Shown in pieces: positions 1 to 8,831 of a stretch of DNA of 64,000 bases (its first letter is position 1; each line of letters starts with the position of its first letter). The notes beneath the pieces are model-generated. The model searched no databases and had not been told where the DNA came from. It was given only the letters and a program-made list of their open reading frames with translations. The DNA lies in the NCBI GenBank assembly GCA_028871195.1, contig JAGWNT010000005.1:947-64946 (forward strand), given 5' to 3'. The stretch comes from Rhodospirillales bacterium. Lineage in GTDB: Bacteria > Pseudomonadota > Alphaproteobacteria > Acetobacterales > Acetobacteraceae. Both the position numbers and the translations under genes were made by a program.

Positions 1-886
1 GGTCGAGCCGCGGATCGAGCGCGTCGCGCAACCCATCGCCCACAAAGTTGAAGCCGGTCACCGCAAGGGTGATGAACAAGCCCGGCAGCAAGGCGAGCCA
101 GGGCGCGGTGGAGAGATATTCCTGCGCATTGTTCAGCATGTTGCCCCAGCTCGGGGTCGGCGGTTGGATGCCGTAGCCGAGGTAGCTCACATAGGCTTCC
201 AGCAGGATGGCCCGGGCGACATTCAGCGTCGATGCGACAACGATCGGGGCAATTGCGTTCGGAAGCAGCTCGCGGAACATGATGTGCGCATCCGAGGCTC
301 CCAGTGCCTGGGCCGCGACTGCGAAATCGCGCTCACGCAACGAGCGGATCTGCGCCTCGACGACGCGCGCCACCTCCATCCAGGCCGTTGCCGCGATAAC
401 CAGTGTGATGGCCAGAAGGTTGGGCTGCACGAACGCCGCCAGGGCCAGCAGCAAAAAGATCGAGGGAAAGCAGAGGACGGCATCAACGAAGCGCATCAGG
501 GCCGTGCCGACAATTCCCCCGAAATATCCGGCAATTGTTCCAATGAAGGTTCCGATGACGGTGCTGATCGCCATGGCCGCGAAGCCGACGGTGAGCGACA
601 CGCGCCCGGCCGTCATGAGGCGCGCGAGCAGGTCCCGTCCAAGCTCATCGGCCCCGAAGATATGCGCCCCTGAAAAAGGTTCGGCAAAGCGGTGCCGGAT
701 GTCGATACGAAGGTCATTGTAGGGCCAGAGATACGGGCCGACGGCGCAGAGCAGGACCAGCAGGACAATGGCCGCCAGGCCGAACAACGCCAGACGGTGG
801 CGGACAAATCGGGCGAGGGCGCGGTTGTACGTCCGCCGGGATGAGGTCATGGAAGCGTTCGTGCTGATCTGTGCGGCTTCGGCCAT
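1..886 (-). CDS. ABC transporter permease, DppC/OppC family (runs off the window's left edge)
   Basis: Translated by hand from ATG 886: MAEAAQISTN...FGADELGRDLLARL...GDGLRDALDPRLD. These are typical OppC motifs; no stop codon inside the window. Confidence 0.9.
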   Translation of the reverse strand, partial: MAEAAQISTNASMTSSRRTYNRALARFVRHRLALFGLAAIVLLVLLCAVGPYLWPYNDLRIDIRHRFAEPFSGAHIFGADELGRDLLARLMTAGRVSLTVGFAAMAISTVIGTFIGTIAGYFGGIVGTALMRFVDAVLCFPSIFLLLALAAFVQPNLLAITLVIAATAWMEVARVVEAQIRSLRERDFAVAAQALGASDAHIMFRELLPNAIAPIVVASTLNVARAILLEAYVSYLGYGIQPPTPSWGNMLNNAQEYLSTAPWLALLPGLFITLAVTGFNFVGDGLRDALDPRLD

Positions 887-898
887 GCAATCATGCCC

Positions 899-1849
899 TC
901 AATCGAGCCGGATGCGCGGATCGGCGACCGCATAAAGCACGTCAGCAAGCAGGTTCCCGATGAGCACGAGGATCGCGGAGAACATCAGAATTCCCATGAC
1001 CACCGGATAGTCGCGGTAGCCGATGGAATCCAGAAACAGCCGCCCCATGCCGGGCCAGGTGAACACGGTCTCGGTCACCAGGGCTCCGGACAGCAATGTC
1101 GGCAGTTGCAGGCCGGCGATGGTGATCATGGGCAGCAGCGCGTTGCGGATGGTGTGGCGAATCAGCACCCGGCGTTCCGGCACGCCGTTCGCGCGCGCGG
1201 TGCGGATATAATCCTGGTTCACGACCTCGAGCATGGAGGCGCGCATGTAGCGGCTCCAGATCGCGATCGTGACAAGGGCGAGGACGAGCGACGGCGCGAT
1301 CAGGTGCCGCGCGTAGTCGAGAAATGACCCGTCGCCGATTGTGTAAAGATTTCCAGGTGGCAGCCACGCCAGCTTGACCGAAAAGATATAGATGACCACG
1401 AGGCCGAACCAGAAGGTGGGGACCGACAGCGCGACCATGGCGCCGACGGTGGCGAGATAGTCAAACACGGAATAGCGGCGAATGGCGCCCAGCACGCCGA
1501 CCCAGGTGCCGAGCAGAAGGGCGATGATGGTCGAGCTCACCATCAACTCGAGGGTTGGCCAAAGATGGGCGCCGATGACGGACAGCACCGGCTGGCTATC
1601 GCGGTAGGACCGCCCCCACTCGCCAACCAGCATGCGCCGGAACCACTCCCAGTATTGCACCGGCAACGGCCGATCGAGCCCCATCTGGTGCGCAATCACC
1701 TTGAGCTGCGCCGCCGTCATGCCGGGGATCAGCGTAAATTGCGCGAGCGGTCCGCCGGGCGCGAGGTGCAGCACCGCGAACCCGATGATCGAGACCAGCC
1801 AGAGCAGCAACAGGTATTGCGCCATACGACGAAGAAGGAAGCTGCTCAC
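899..1849 (-). CDS. ABC transporter permease, DppB/OppB family
   Basis: Hydrophobic 316 aa ORF with EAA-type loop DYIRTARANG, ETVFTWPGMG and C-terminal DPRIR. Confidence 0.93.
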   Translation of the reverse strand: MSSFLLRRMAQYLLLLWLVSIIGFAVLHLAPGGPLAQFTLIPGMTAAQLKVIAHQMGLDRPLPVQYWEWFRRMLVGEWGRSYRDSQPVLSVIGAHLWPTLELMVSSTIIALLLGTWVGVLGAIRRYSVFDYLATVGAMVALSVPTFWFGLVVIYIFSVKLAWLPPGNLYTIGDGSFLDYARHLIAPSLVLALVTIAIWSRYMRASMLEVVNQDYIRTARANGVPERRVLIRHTIRNALLPMITIAGLQLPTLLSGALVTETVFTWPGMGRLFLDSIGYRDYPVVMGILMFSAILVLIGNLLADVLYAVADPRIRLD

Positions 1850-1875
1850 CGCGCCGTACCTGCCGGGTTATTCTG

Positions 1876-1909
1876 GCATGCGGAATGGCGGCACCGCCAT
1901 CCCGCATGC
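1876..1909 (-). other. Intergenic mRNA stem-loop between the substrate-binding protein and permease genes
   Basis: GCATGCGGAATGGCGG-CA-CCGCCATCCCGCATGC inverted repeat. The single A/C mismatch becomes a G-U pair on the minus (coding) strand. Confidence 0.7.
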
Positions 1910-1929
1910 TCTCATTGGCGCTCGCGCCG

Positions 1930-3618
1930 TCAGGTCGCCCAGTACCATGTGTTCACATTCCACGTGTTGACGGACACGTAGACGCTCGGCGCGTAGCCGA
2001 CCAGGCCCTTCTTTGTGCCCTCAACCGTGGCGTACTGGAAGATCGGCAGCAGCGGCATGTCCTGCCGGATGATCTCGGCCGCCTGCCAGTAATTCTTCTG
2101 CCTGACGGCGCGATCGAAAGTCGTTGCCGCTCCCAGCAGCAGCTTGTCCACCTCCGGGTTCGCATACTCCATCGTATTCTGCCCTGCCCCACCCTTGGCC
2201 GGGATGGCGGTGCTGAGGAAGAACTGCGAGACATCCGGATCCGGCCCGGTCATGAAATCCTCGCCGACCATGACGGAATCGTACTGGGACTTGTTGAAAT
2301 AGTCGCCCCATATCACCGCGGGCGGCATATTCTTGATCTTCATCTCGACGCCGATATCGTGCCAGTTCTGCTGCAGAAGCTGCTGGGCCTGCTCGCGCAC
2401 ATGGTTGCCCGCAGTGGTGGAGTTCTGGAAGCTGAGGCGCACCCCACCCTTTGCCCGAATCCCGTCCGAACCCGGTTTCCAGCCCGCCGCATCAAGCGTC
2501 GCCTTGGCTTTGGCCGGATCATAGGCATGTGGCGCGACATGCGGATTGAATGCCCAGGACTGGGTGGGCAGATAGGTCGATGTCGGCTTCGGCAAACCGT
2601 AGTAGATTTGCTCGATGATGGATTTGTTATCCATGCCGTAATAGAGCGCCTGCCGTACCGCACGGTCCTGGAATTGCGGTTTCGAGAGGTTGAGCATGAT
2701 GCTCTCGATGAAAGGCGCCGGCCCGACAACAACATTGCGGTCCGTCAGCTTCTTCGCCTGCCCGTAATGGTCCGCGGTGATGCCCTGAAGACCGATGTAA
2801 TCAATCGCGCCGGTCTGGAACTGCGTGAACATGACCGTCAGATCTGGAATGTATTTGAAGATGACTTCTTCCAGATAGGGGCCGGTGCCGAAGAAATGCG
2901 GATTCGCCGCAAGGGTGATATGGTCTCCGGGCACACGCTCCTTCCACATGAAGGGGCCAGTGCCGACGGGCGCGTTGTTGAATGGCGAGGTGTTCGGGTC
3001 GGCCGCCTTGCCGAGGATGTGGGCGGGGACGATGAAGGTCCAGCTCAGGATGGAGACGAAGGGCGCAAACGGCTTCGATATCTTCCAGGAGACCTCGGTG
3101 GGACTCTCCACCTTGATATCTTCCATCAGCTCGTATCCGCCACGAGACCACGCGCGGAATTTCGGATTCTTCAAAAGCTCGAAGGTGAACTTCACATCAT
3201 CGGCGGTGAACGGCGCGCCATCGTGCCATTTCACCCCGGGGCGCAGCTTCACCTTCCACGACAACCCATCCTTCGACAGGCCGCCATTTGCAACCGTCGG
3301 CATCTCGGCGGCGAGCTGCGGCACAATCTCGCCGTTCTGATTGGCGATCCAGAGCGGGCTGAACAGGTTCCAGTAGATGCCCTGATCCACCTCGATATGA
3401 GGCATCAGCGGATTGAAAACCGTCGGCTCCTGCGAGAAGCCGATGATCACATGCCCCGTCGGATGGGCCGGCGGCTTGGTCTGTGCCTGCGCGGAGACCG
3501 GCCGGACCAGGCCTGCCATGCCGGCGGCGACACCGGTGCCAAGCAACTGCCGCCGGGAAAGCCCGTGCGCGGCATTCATAAGAAACTGCCCAGATTTGCG
3601 GAAACTGTCATTGGTCAT
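1930..3618 (-). CDS. Peptide/opine ABC transporter substrate-binding protein (family 5), Tat-exported
   Basis: ATG 3618 is preceded by AAGGAGGT (3623-3630). Has a twin-arginine SRRQLL signal, KLRPGVKWHDGAPFTADDVKFTF and PVGTGPF. Confidence 0.92.
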   Translation of the reverse strand: MTNDSFRKSGQFLMNAAHGLSRRQLLGTGVAAGMAGLVRPVSAQAQTKPPAHPTGHVIIGFSQEPTVFNPLMPHIEVDQGIYWNLFSPLWIANQNGEIVPQLAAEMPTVANGGLSKDGLSWKVKLRPGVKWHDGAPFTADDVKFTFELLKNPKFRAWSRGGYELMEDIKVESPTEVSWKISKPFAPFVSILSWTFIVPAHILGKAADPNTSPFNNAPVGTGPFMWKERVPGDHITLAANPHFFGTGPYLEEVIFKYIPDLTVMFTQFQTGAIDYIGLQGITADHYGQAKKLTDRNVVVGPAPFIESIMLNLSKPQFQDRAVRQALYYGMDNKSIIEQIYYGLPKPTSTYLPTQSWAFNPHVAPHAYDPAKAKATLDAAGWKPGSDGIRAKGGVRLSFQNSTTAGNHVREQAQQLLQQNWHDIGVEMKIKNMPPAVIWGDYFNKSQYDSVMVGEDFMTGPDPDVSQFFLSTAIPAKGGAGQNTMEYANPEVDKLLLGAATTFDRAVRQKNYWQAAEIIRQDMPLLPIFQYATVEGTKKGLVGYAPSVYVSVNTWNVNTWYWAT

Positions 3619-3722
3619 TCGGACCTCCTTGCGTCGCATGGACCAGCACGTTGCTGTCATGATTCGATCCAAGCCTCAAAGACGCGAAGGTCAGATCGCG
3701 CAACCGACGGCATATGCAAAAA

Positions 3723-3752
3723 ACTATGGTGCCGATCTTGACGCGTTGTCAA
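3723..3752 (-). promoter_or_regulatory. Putative sigma70 promoter of ABC operon 1
   Basis: Minus-strand TTGACA-N18-CATAGT. The -35 lies within an imperfect inverted repeat, GCCGAT-CT-TGAC-N5-GTCA-ATCGGC (3731-3757). Confidence 0.5.
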
Positions 3753-3960
3753 TCGGCCTCAGCGGCGTTCAAGGCCTTGGCAAACTTCGCAGGATCATCA
3801 AGCAGAGCACGGCACCGCGACGTCGGGCGGCCGCGCTGTTGCGTTCCCGTTGGTGCCTCCGCGCCGCGTCGATTTGCAGCCCGTGACGGCGTGCGGCCCG
3901 ATTGACTTCATGGAGACGCGGGCTGAAGCTGGCCGTGTCACGATATGCAAGGCGGTTTCC

Positions 3961-5289
3961 ATGGGACCTGTCGTTGATCAGGTGCGGTCCGACGCGCAGG
4001 CACCTGCGCATACCGGCGTCGTGGTCATCGGTGGCGGGATCATCGGAGTCAGCACGGCCTTCTTCCTGGCGCAGAAGGGTGTGCCTGTGGTGCTGTGCGA
4101 GAAGGGCCATATCGCCGGCGAGCAATCCAGCCGCAACTGGGGCTGGTGCCGCAAGATGGGGCGGGATCCGCGCGAGATCCCCCTCGTGATCGAGAGCCTG
4201 CGGCTCTGGGCCGACATGAACAAGGTGACCGGTGCGGAGACCGGGTTTCGCCAGACGGGCCTGCTGTTCCTTTGCGAGACGGACAAGGACGTCGCGGCGA
4301 ACGAAGCCTGGCTCGAACATGCGCGCGCGCATCAGCTGGACACCCGCATGATCACGGCGGCCGAAGTCGAAAGCCTTGCCCCGGGTGGCGCAATGCCTGT
4401 GAAAAGCGCGCTGTACACGCCGAGCGACGGGCGCGCCGAACCGCAGAAGGCGGCCCCCGCGATTGCCGAGGCCGCACGCCGGATGGGCGCCGTGATCCTT
4501 ACCGGCTGTGCCGTTCGCGGCGTCGAAACTGCCGGCGGAAAAGTGGTGGGGGTGGTAACCGAGAAGGGGCGCATCGCCTGCGATGCGGTGGTGCTGGCGG
4601 GTGGCGCATGGTCGCGGCTGTTCTGCGGCAATCTCGGCGTGCGGCTTCCACAATTGAAGGTCCGCTCTTCGGTGATGCGGACCGAGCCGCTGGACGGCGC
4701 GCCGGAGGTTGCCATGATGGGCCACGCCTTCGGCGTGCGCAAGCGCCTCGATGGCGGCTACACCATCGCCAATCGCGAGGCGAACATCGCCGAGCTCGTG
4801 CCGGACAGTTTCCGCCTGTTCTTCGACTTTCTGCCAGCCCTGCTGGCGGAATGGCGGACGCTGCGGCTGCGCCTGGGTTCGCGATTTCTCGCGGAATGGA
4901 ACACGCCTGGAAAGTGGCCGCTCGATCGGCCATCTCCGTTCGAGGCCATGCGTGTGCTGGATCCGGAGCCGGCCAAATCGATCAACACGGCGGCGCTGGC
5001 TGCGCTGGCGCGGGCGTTTCCGGTGTTCAGCCAGGCCCGCATCGCACAGCAATGGGCCGGGATGATCGACGTGACCCCCGATGTCGTGCCGGTGATCGGT
5101 CCGGTCGAGACCGTGCCCGGGTTCTTCATCGCCACCGGCTTTTCCGGCCACGGCTTCGGCATCGGCCCGGGCGCAGGGCGGCTGATGGCCGACCTTGTGA
5201 CAGGTGATGCGCCGGTGGTCGATCCGGCGGCGTTCCGCCTCTCGCGTTTCACGGATGGATCCAGGCCCCGCCCGACCTCAGCCGTGTAG
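3961..5289 (+). CDS. FAD-dependent oxidoreductase, D-amino acid oxidase (DAO) family
   Basis: GGGIIG dinucleotide motif, EKGHIAGEQSSRNWGWCR, WAGMID and GFSGHGFGIGP. Start placed at ATG 3961. Confidence 0.9.
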   Translation: MGPVVDQVRSDAQAPAHTGVVVIGGGIIGVSTAFFLAQKGVPVVLCEKGHIAGEQSSRNWGWCRKMGRDPREIPLVIESLRLWADMNKVTGAETGFRQTGLLFLCETDKDVAANEAWLEHARAHQLDTRMITAAEVESLAPGGAMPVKSALYTPSDGRAEPQKAAPAIAEAARRMGAVILTGCAVRGVETAGGKVVGVVTEKGRIACDAVVLAGGAWSRLFCGNLGVRLPQLKVRSSVMRTEPLDGAPEVAMMGHAFGVRKRLDGGYTIANREANIAELVPDSFRLFFDFLPALLAEWRTLRLRLGSRFLAEWNTPGKWPLDRPSPFEAMRVLDPEPAKSINTAALAALARAFPVFSQARIAQQWAGMIDVTPDVVPVIGPVETVPGFFIATGFSGHGFGIGPGAGRLMADLVTGDAPVVDPAAFRLSRFTDGSRPRPTSAV

Positions 5290-6402
5290 CGGATCCTGCG
5301 GCCCGAACCGGTCGATGCGGAAGGGTTCGAGCGGAACATCGGTCCTGCCATCCAGAAGGATCTCACTCAGGATCGCGCCGATTGCTGGCGCAAGCTGAAA
5401 GCCGTGACCTGAAAAGCCGAATGCGTGCAGCAGGCCGGGCGTTGTGCGGCTGGGGCCGATCACGGGGATATGGTCCGGCATCTCGCCGTCGATGCCGGTC
5501 CAGCTTCGGATGACCTGTGCGCCGGCAAGGTGCGGAACGAGTTCCAAGGCCAGGTTCATGCCGGTGAGACTGACATGCGGCAATGGGCGGGCGGCCGGGC
5601 GGCCGGGGTCGCTCTCGCCGCGGCCGCCGCCAAAGATGACGTTGCCGCGACGGATCTGCCGAAGATAGACATTGCCGCCGACGACGCCGAGATTCGGCTC
5701 GATCACATAGGGCAGCGGCTCGGTCACCAGCATGTTCGGACTGAGCGGGCTGACCGGGACGGGTTCGCCGAATGCCGCCGCGACCTCGCCACCCCAGTAG
5801 CCTGCGACATTCAGCAGCGCGGGGGCACGGAAGGTTTCGCCCGCCGCCTGCACGGTGAATTGAGCGCCGTCATGCGCAAGCCCGGCCACGGCCGAATTTT
5901 CACGAATCACCGCTCCGGCCGCGCGCGCCGCCCGCGCCAGCGCCGGCGCAAGCAGGCGCGGATTGGCGACGCCGTCATCCGGCGCCAGTGATCCGGCGAC
6001 GATTGTGGGACCGAGCCAGGAATAGGCTTCGTGGATGGCATTGCGGCCGATCATGCGTAGCGGCAGGTCATGCGCCTTCGCCACCTCCATGTAGGCAACA
6101 AGATCGGCCTCCTCGGTCGCGTTGCGGGCCAGCTTGAGATGTCCGGTCGCCTCGAACTCGCAATTCGTCCCGATCAGCGCCGGCAACCGCCCCCAGATCT
6201 CACGGGCACGCCGGGCGATCGGCAGCTCCGCCGGGTGGCGGCCCTGCTGGCGCACCCCGCCATAATTAACGCCGGAGGCCTGTCCGCCGACCAGCCCCCG
6301 CTCCAGCAGAACGCAGCGCACCTTGCGCAGCGCCAGATGCAGCGCGGCCGAGCAGCCGGCGCCACCACCACCGACGATCAGGACATCCGCTTGCGTCGTC
6401 AT
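5278..6402 (-). CDS. Opine oxidase/HcnC-family FAD-dependent beta subunit (copy 1)
   Basis: GGGGAG, QASGVNYGGVRQQGR and GFSGHGFQLAP. Coupled to the upstream alpha subunit by a 4-nt ATGA overlap. Confidence 0.88.
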   Translation of the reverse strand: MTTQADVLIVGGGGAGCSAALHLALRKVRCVLLERGLVGGQASGVNYGGVRQQGRHPAELPIARRAREIWGRLPALIGTNCEFEATGHLKLARNATEEADLVAYMEVAKAHDLPLRMIGRNAIHEAYSWLGPTIVAGSLAPDDGVANPRLLAPALARAARAAGAVIRENSAVAGLAHDGAQFTVQAAGETFRAPALLNVAGYWGGEVAAAFGEPVPVSPLSPNMLVTEPLPYVIEPNLGVVGGNVYLRQIRRGNVIFGGGRGESDPGRPAARPLPHVSLTGMNLALELVPHLAGAQVIRSWTGIDGEMPDHIPVIGPSRTTPGLLHAFGFSGHGFQLAPAIGAILSEILLDGRTDVPLEPFRIDRFGPQDPLHG

Positions 6403-7775
6403 GGCGCCGAGCCCGGACTGCGAGGCATGATCGGGATGGGCTTGACCGGCGGCTGACCACGCAGGCGACCAACCGATTCAAGCGGACACGCGAGCGCCGC
6501 CGCGAGAACTTCCGCCGCCGGAGGGCTGCACAGGCGCCCCTGGCAACGCCCCATGCCGATCCGGCTGAGGGCCTTCGCACGATTCACCTCCGCGGCGGGC
6601 AGGGTGGTGCCGGCGCGGGCGGTGGCCCGCAACTCTCCTGCCGTCACGGATTCACAACGGCAAAGGATGGTCTCGTCCGGCATGGTGGCGGCGAGCCGGG
6701 CGGGAAAAGGAAACGCCGCATCCAGGGCCGAGCGGAACGCCCCATGGCGAGCCAGCGCCGCATCCAGCCGAGTGACTTCGCCGTGATCCACCGCCAGGCC
6801 GCGTGCCGCAACGATGGCCCAGGCGCCCCGCGCTCCGGCAAGTTCGGCGACGTCCGCACCCGCGATCCGTGCACCATCCCCGGCCAGGAAGATGCTCGGG
6901 TTCGCGGTGGCGCCGCTCGCATCCTGCTGGGGGAGGAAGGCGCGCTGCGCGGCATTGAACGCAAAGGGCACGCCGGCGAGATCGGCCAGCTGCGTCTCCG
7001 GCTTGAGCCCCCAACCGAGTGCCACCGCGTCGCAGGCGATCTGCTGCTCGCTGCCGCTGGTGCGGATGCGCAAGCCATCCACGGCCTCAGAGCCCAGGAT
7101 CGCGAGCGGCGTCGCACCTTCGATGATTGGAACACCGTGGGCGCGCAGCCAGCCAACGTAGTAAAAGCCCTTCGCGAATGTCGCTCCGCCGCGCAGCAGA
7201 CCGGGCATGGCACGAAGCTTCGTCGTGAACGCTGTGGTATCGACCACCGCGGCAACCGTGGCCCCGGCCCGCGCGTATTGGTAGGCAACAAGCCAGAGCA
7301 GCGGGCCGGTGCCGACGAAGGCAACGCGGTGGCCGATGGCGCAGCCTTGCGCCTTCAGCGCGATCTGCGATCCGCCGAGGGAGGTGACACCGGGAAGCGT
7401 CCATCCGGGAAGCGGGACAATGCGATCCGTCGCGCCGGTGCACAGCAGCGCGTGGCCGAACGGGACCTCTCCCATGTCCCCTGCGTGGCTGGTGAACAGG
7501 ATATTCTGGCGGATGTTCCAGACCAATGTCTCGGGGCGGAATTCGATGTGCGGACGCAGCGCGTCGAATGCGGCGTGCAATGCGCGGGCCTTGGCCGCCT
7601 CGAATCCGTACAGCGTCTTGTCGGTGCGGGTGAAGCCCCTCGGTGGGCGCTGATAGATTCTGCCGCCGGAATCGGGGGCCTCGTCGATCACCACCGGGCG
7701 CAGTCCCGCGCGCACCAGCACCTCGGCCGCGCGCGTGCCGGCGGGGCCGGCGCCAACAATTGCGACATCCGTCAT
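6399..7775 (-). CDS. Opine oxidase A/HcnB-family alpha subunit with C-terminal BFD-like Fe-S domain (copy 1)
   Basis: MTDVAIVGAGPAG, PGWTLPGV, CRCE...GMGRCQGRLC and C-terminal PPVKP. Start is ATG 7775, not the longer ORF start. Confidence 0.88.
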   Translation of the reverse strand: MTDVAIVGAGPAGTRAAEVLVRAGLRPVVIDEAPDSGGRIYQRPPRGFTRTDKTLYGFEAAKARALHAAFDALRPHIEFRPETLVWNIRQNILFTSHAGDMGEVPFGHALLCTGATDRIVPLPGWTLPGVTSLGGSQIALKAQGCAIGHRVAFVGTGPLLWLVAYQYARAGATVAAVVDTTAFTTKLRAMPGLLRGGATFAKGFYYVGWLRAHGVPIIEGATPLAILGSEAVDGLRIRTSGSEQQIACDAVALGWGLKPETQLADLAGVPFAFNAAQRAFLPQQDASGATANPSIFLAGDGARIAGADVAELAGARGAWAIVAARGLAVDHGEVTRLDAALARHGAFRSALDAAFPFPARLAATMPDETILCRCESVTAGELRATARAGTTLPAAEVNRAKALSRIGMGRCQGRLCSPPAAEVLAAALACPLESVGRLRGQPPVKPIPIMPRSPGSAP

Positions 7776-8044
7776 GACCGAACGATCCGCATGTCGGCCG
7801 CGATGTAGGTCGTGCAGGCGCGTTGGCGGCCTGCCCCCTCCACCGTGACCCAGCAATCCTGGCACGCACCCATCCAACAGAATCCGGCGCGGTTTCCACC
7901 ATCGAACTCGCTGCGGCGAACATGGTCCGAATTGGCGAGGATGGCGGTGAGCAGCGTATCCCCGGCCAGGGCCGAGGCCGGCTGCCCGTCCAGCACGAAG
8001 GCGATGACGGGCCGGGCTGTTTCGGCAAGGCGTTTGAGCTTCAC
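7772..8044 (-). CDS. [2Fe-2S] gamma subunit, HcnA/OdhC-like (copy 1)
   Basis: GDTLLTA and FCWMGACQDC...RAC cysteine pattern. The GTG start overlaps the SDR stop (GTGA). Confidence 0.87.
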   Translation of the reverse strand: MKLKRLAETARPVIAFVLDGQPASALAGDTLLTAILANSDHVRRSEFDGGNRAGFCWMGACQDCWVTVEGAGRQRACTTYIAADMRIVRS

Positions 8045-8736
8045 AGCATGTCTTCCCGCCGGCAATTGACCAGCAACTCCGCAATGGCGGCGTTGTTGGA
8101 CAGGCGAAGCACGGTCTCGACGAGCTGGGCAATGTCACCTGGCTGCGTCATCTTCTCGCGCGCCCAGGTGGTGACGTCGGCGGTCATATCGGTGGCAACG
8201 AAGCCCGGGCATAGTGCCGTCGCGCGGATCCCCTGCTCCCATCCGGTGCGCCGGATCGCATGGGTGAGCGCCACGAGGGCGAACTTGGACATCGCATAGC
8301 CGATATTCTCGTTCGCCACGCGCTTGCCGGACAGTGAGGCGATGTTGACCACGCGGCCCTCGCCACTACGCGAGAGATAGGGCAGGGCGAGGCGGACAAG
8401 CCGCATCGGGCCCTTCACGTTGACGGACCACATGCGGTCGAGCGCCGTCTCATCCTCGTCCACAAGGGATGCCATCGGGTTGATGCCCGCCGCATTCACC
8501 AGGCCATCGATCCTGCCGAATCGCTCATGCGTGGCGGCGATCCAGTTCCGGGCGCTGGACAGGCTTTCCGCGTCATACCGATGGGCGAGGAGGCGGTCGG
8601 TGCCGTCGAGGCCGCGCGGGTCGCGCAGACCGGCGGAGACGAGAAAGCCCGCCTCGACCAGGCGGGTGACGACGGCGCGGCCAATCCCGCGCGATGCCCC
8701 CGACACCATGATGACGCGCCCGGATGGATCTAGCAC
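8041..8736 (-). CDS. Short-chain dehydrogenase/reductase (resembles the SDR domain of agropine synthesis reductase Mas1)
   Basis: SGASRGIG, GRIDGLVNAAG, YAMSK catalytic motif and CPGFVATDM. GTG 8736 has AGGAG 8 nt upstream. Confidence 0.88.
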   Translation of the reverse strand: MLDPSGRVIMVSGASRGIGRAVVTRLVEAGFLVSAGLRDPRGLDGTDRLLAHRYDAESLSSARNWIAATHERFGRIDGLVNAAGINPMASLVDEDETALDRMWSVNVKGPMRLVRLALPYLSRSGEGRVVNIASLSGKRVANENIGYAMSKFALVALTHAIRRTGWEQGIRATALCPGFVATDMTADVTTWAREKMTQPGDIAQLVETVLRLSNNAAIAELLVNCRREDML

Positions 8737-8789
8737 GATGCCGTCTCCTGTTGCATGGCCGTCCGAGATTGAGCTCGGCATCGGATCGC

Positions 8790-8806
8790 CATAACCTGAG
8801 CAGATG
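8790..8806. promoter_or_regulatory. Putative LysR operator, second copy, overlapping a candidate rightward promoter
   Basis: CATAACCTGAGCAGATG matches the 24618-24634 palindrome at 13/17 positions and contains T-N11-A. TTGAGC(8769)-N17-TAACCT(8792) overlaps it. Confidence 0.55.
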
Positions 8807-8831
8807 ATTGACCGGTTTGCACAGGCAGGCA

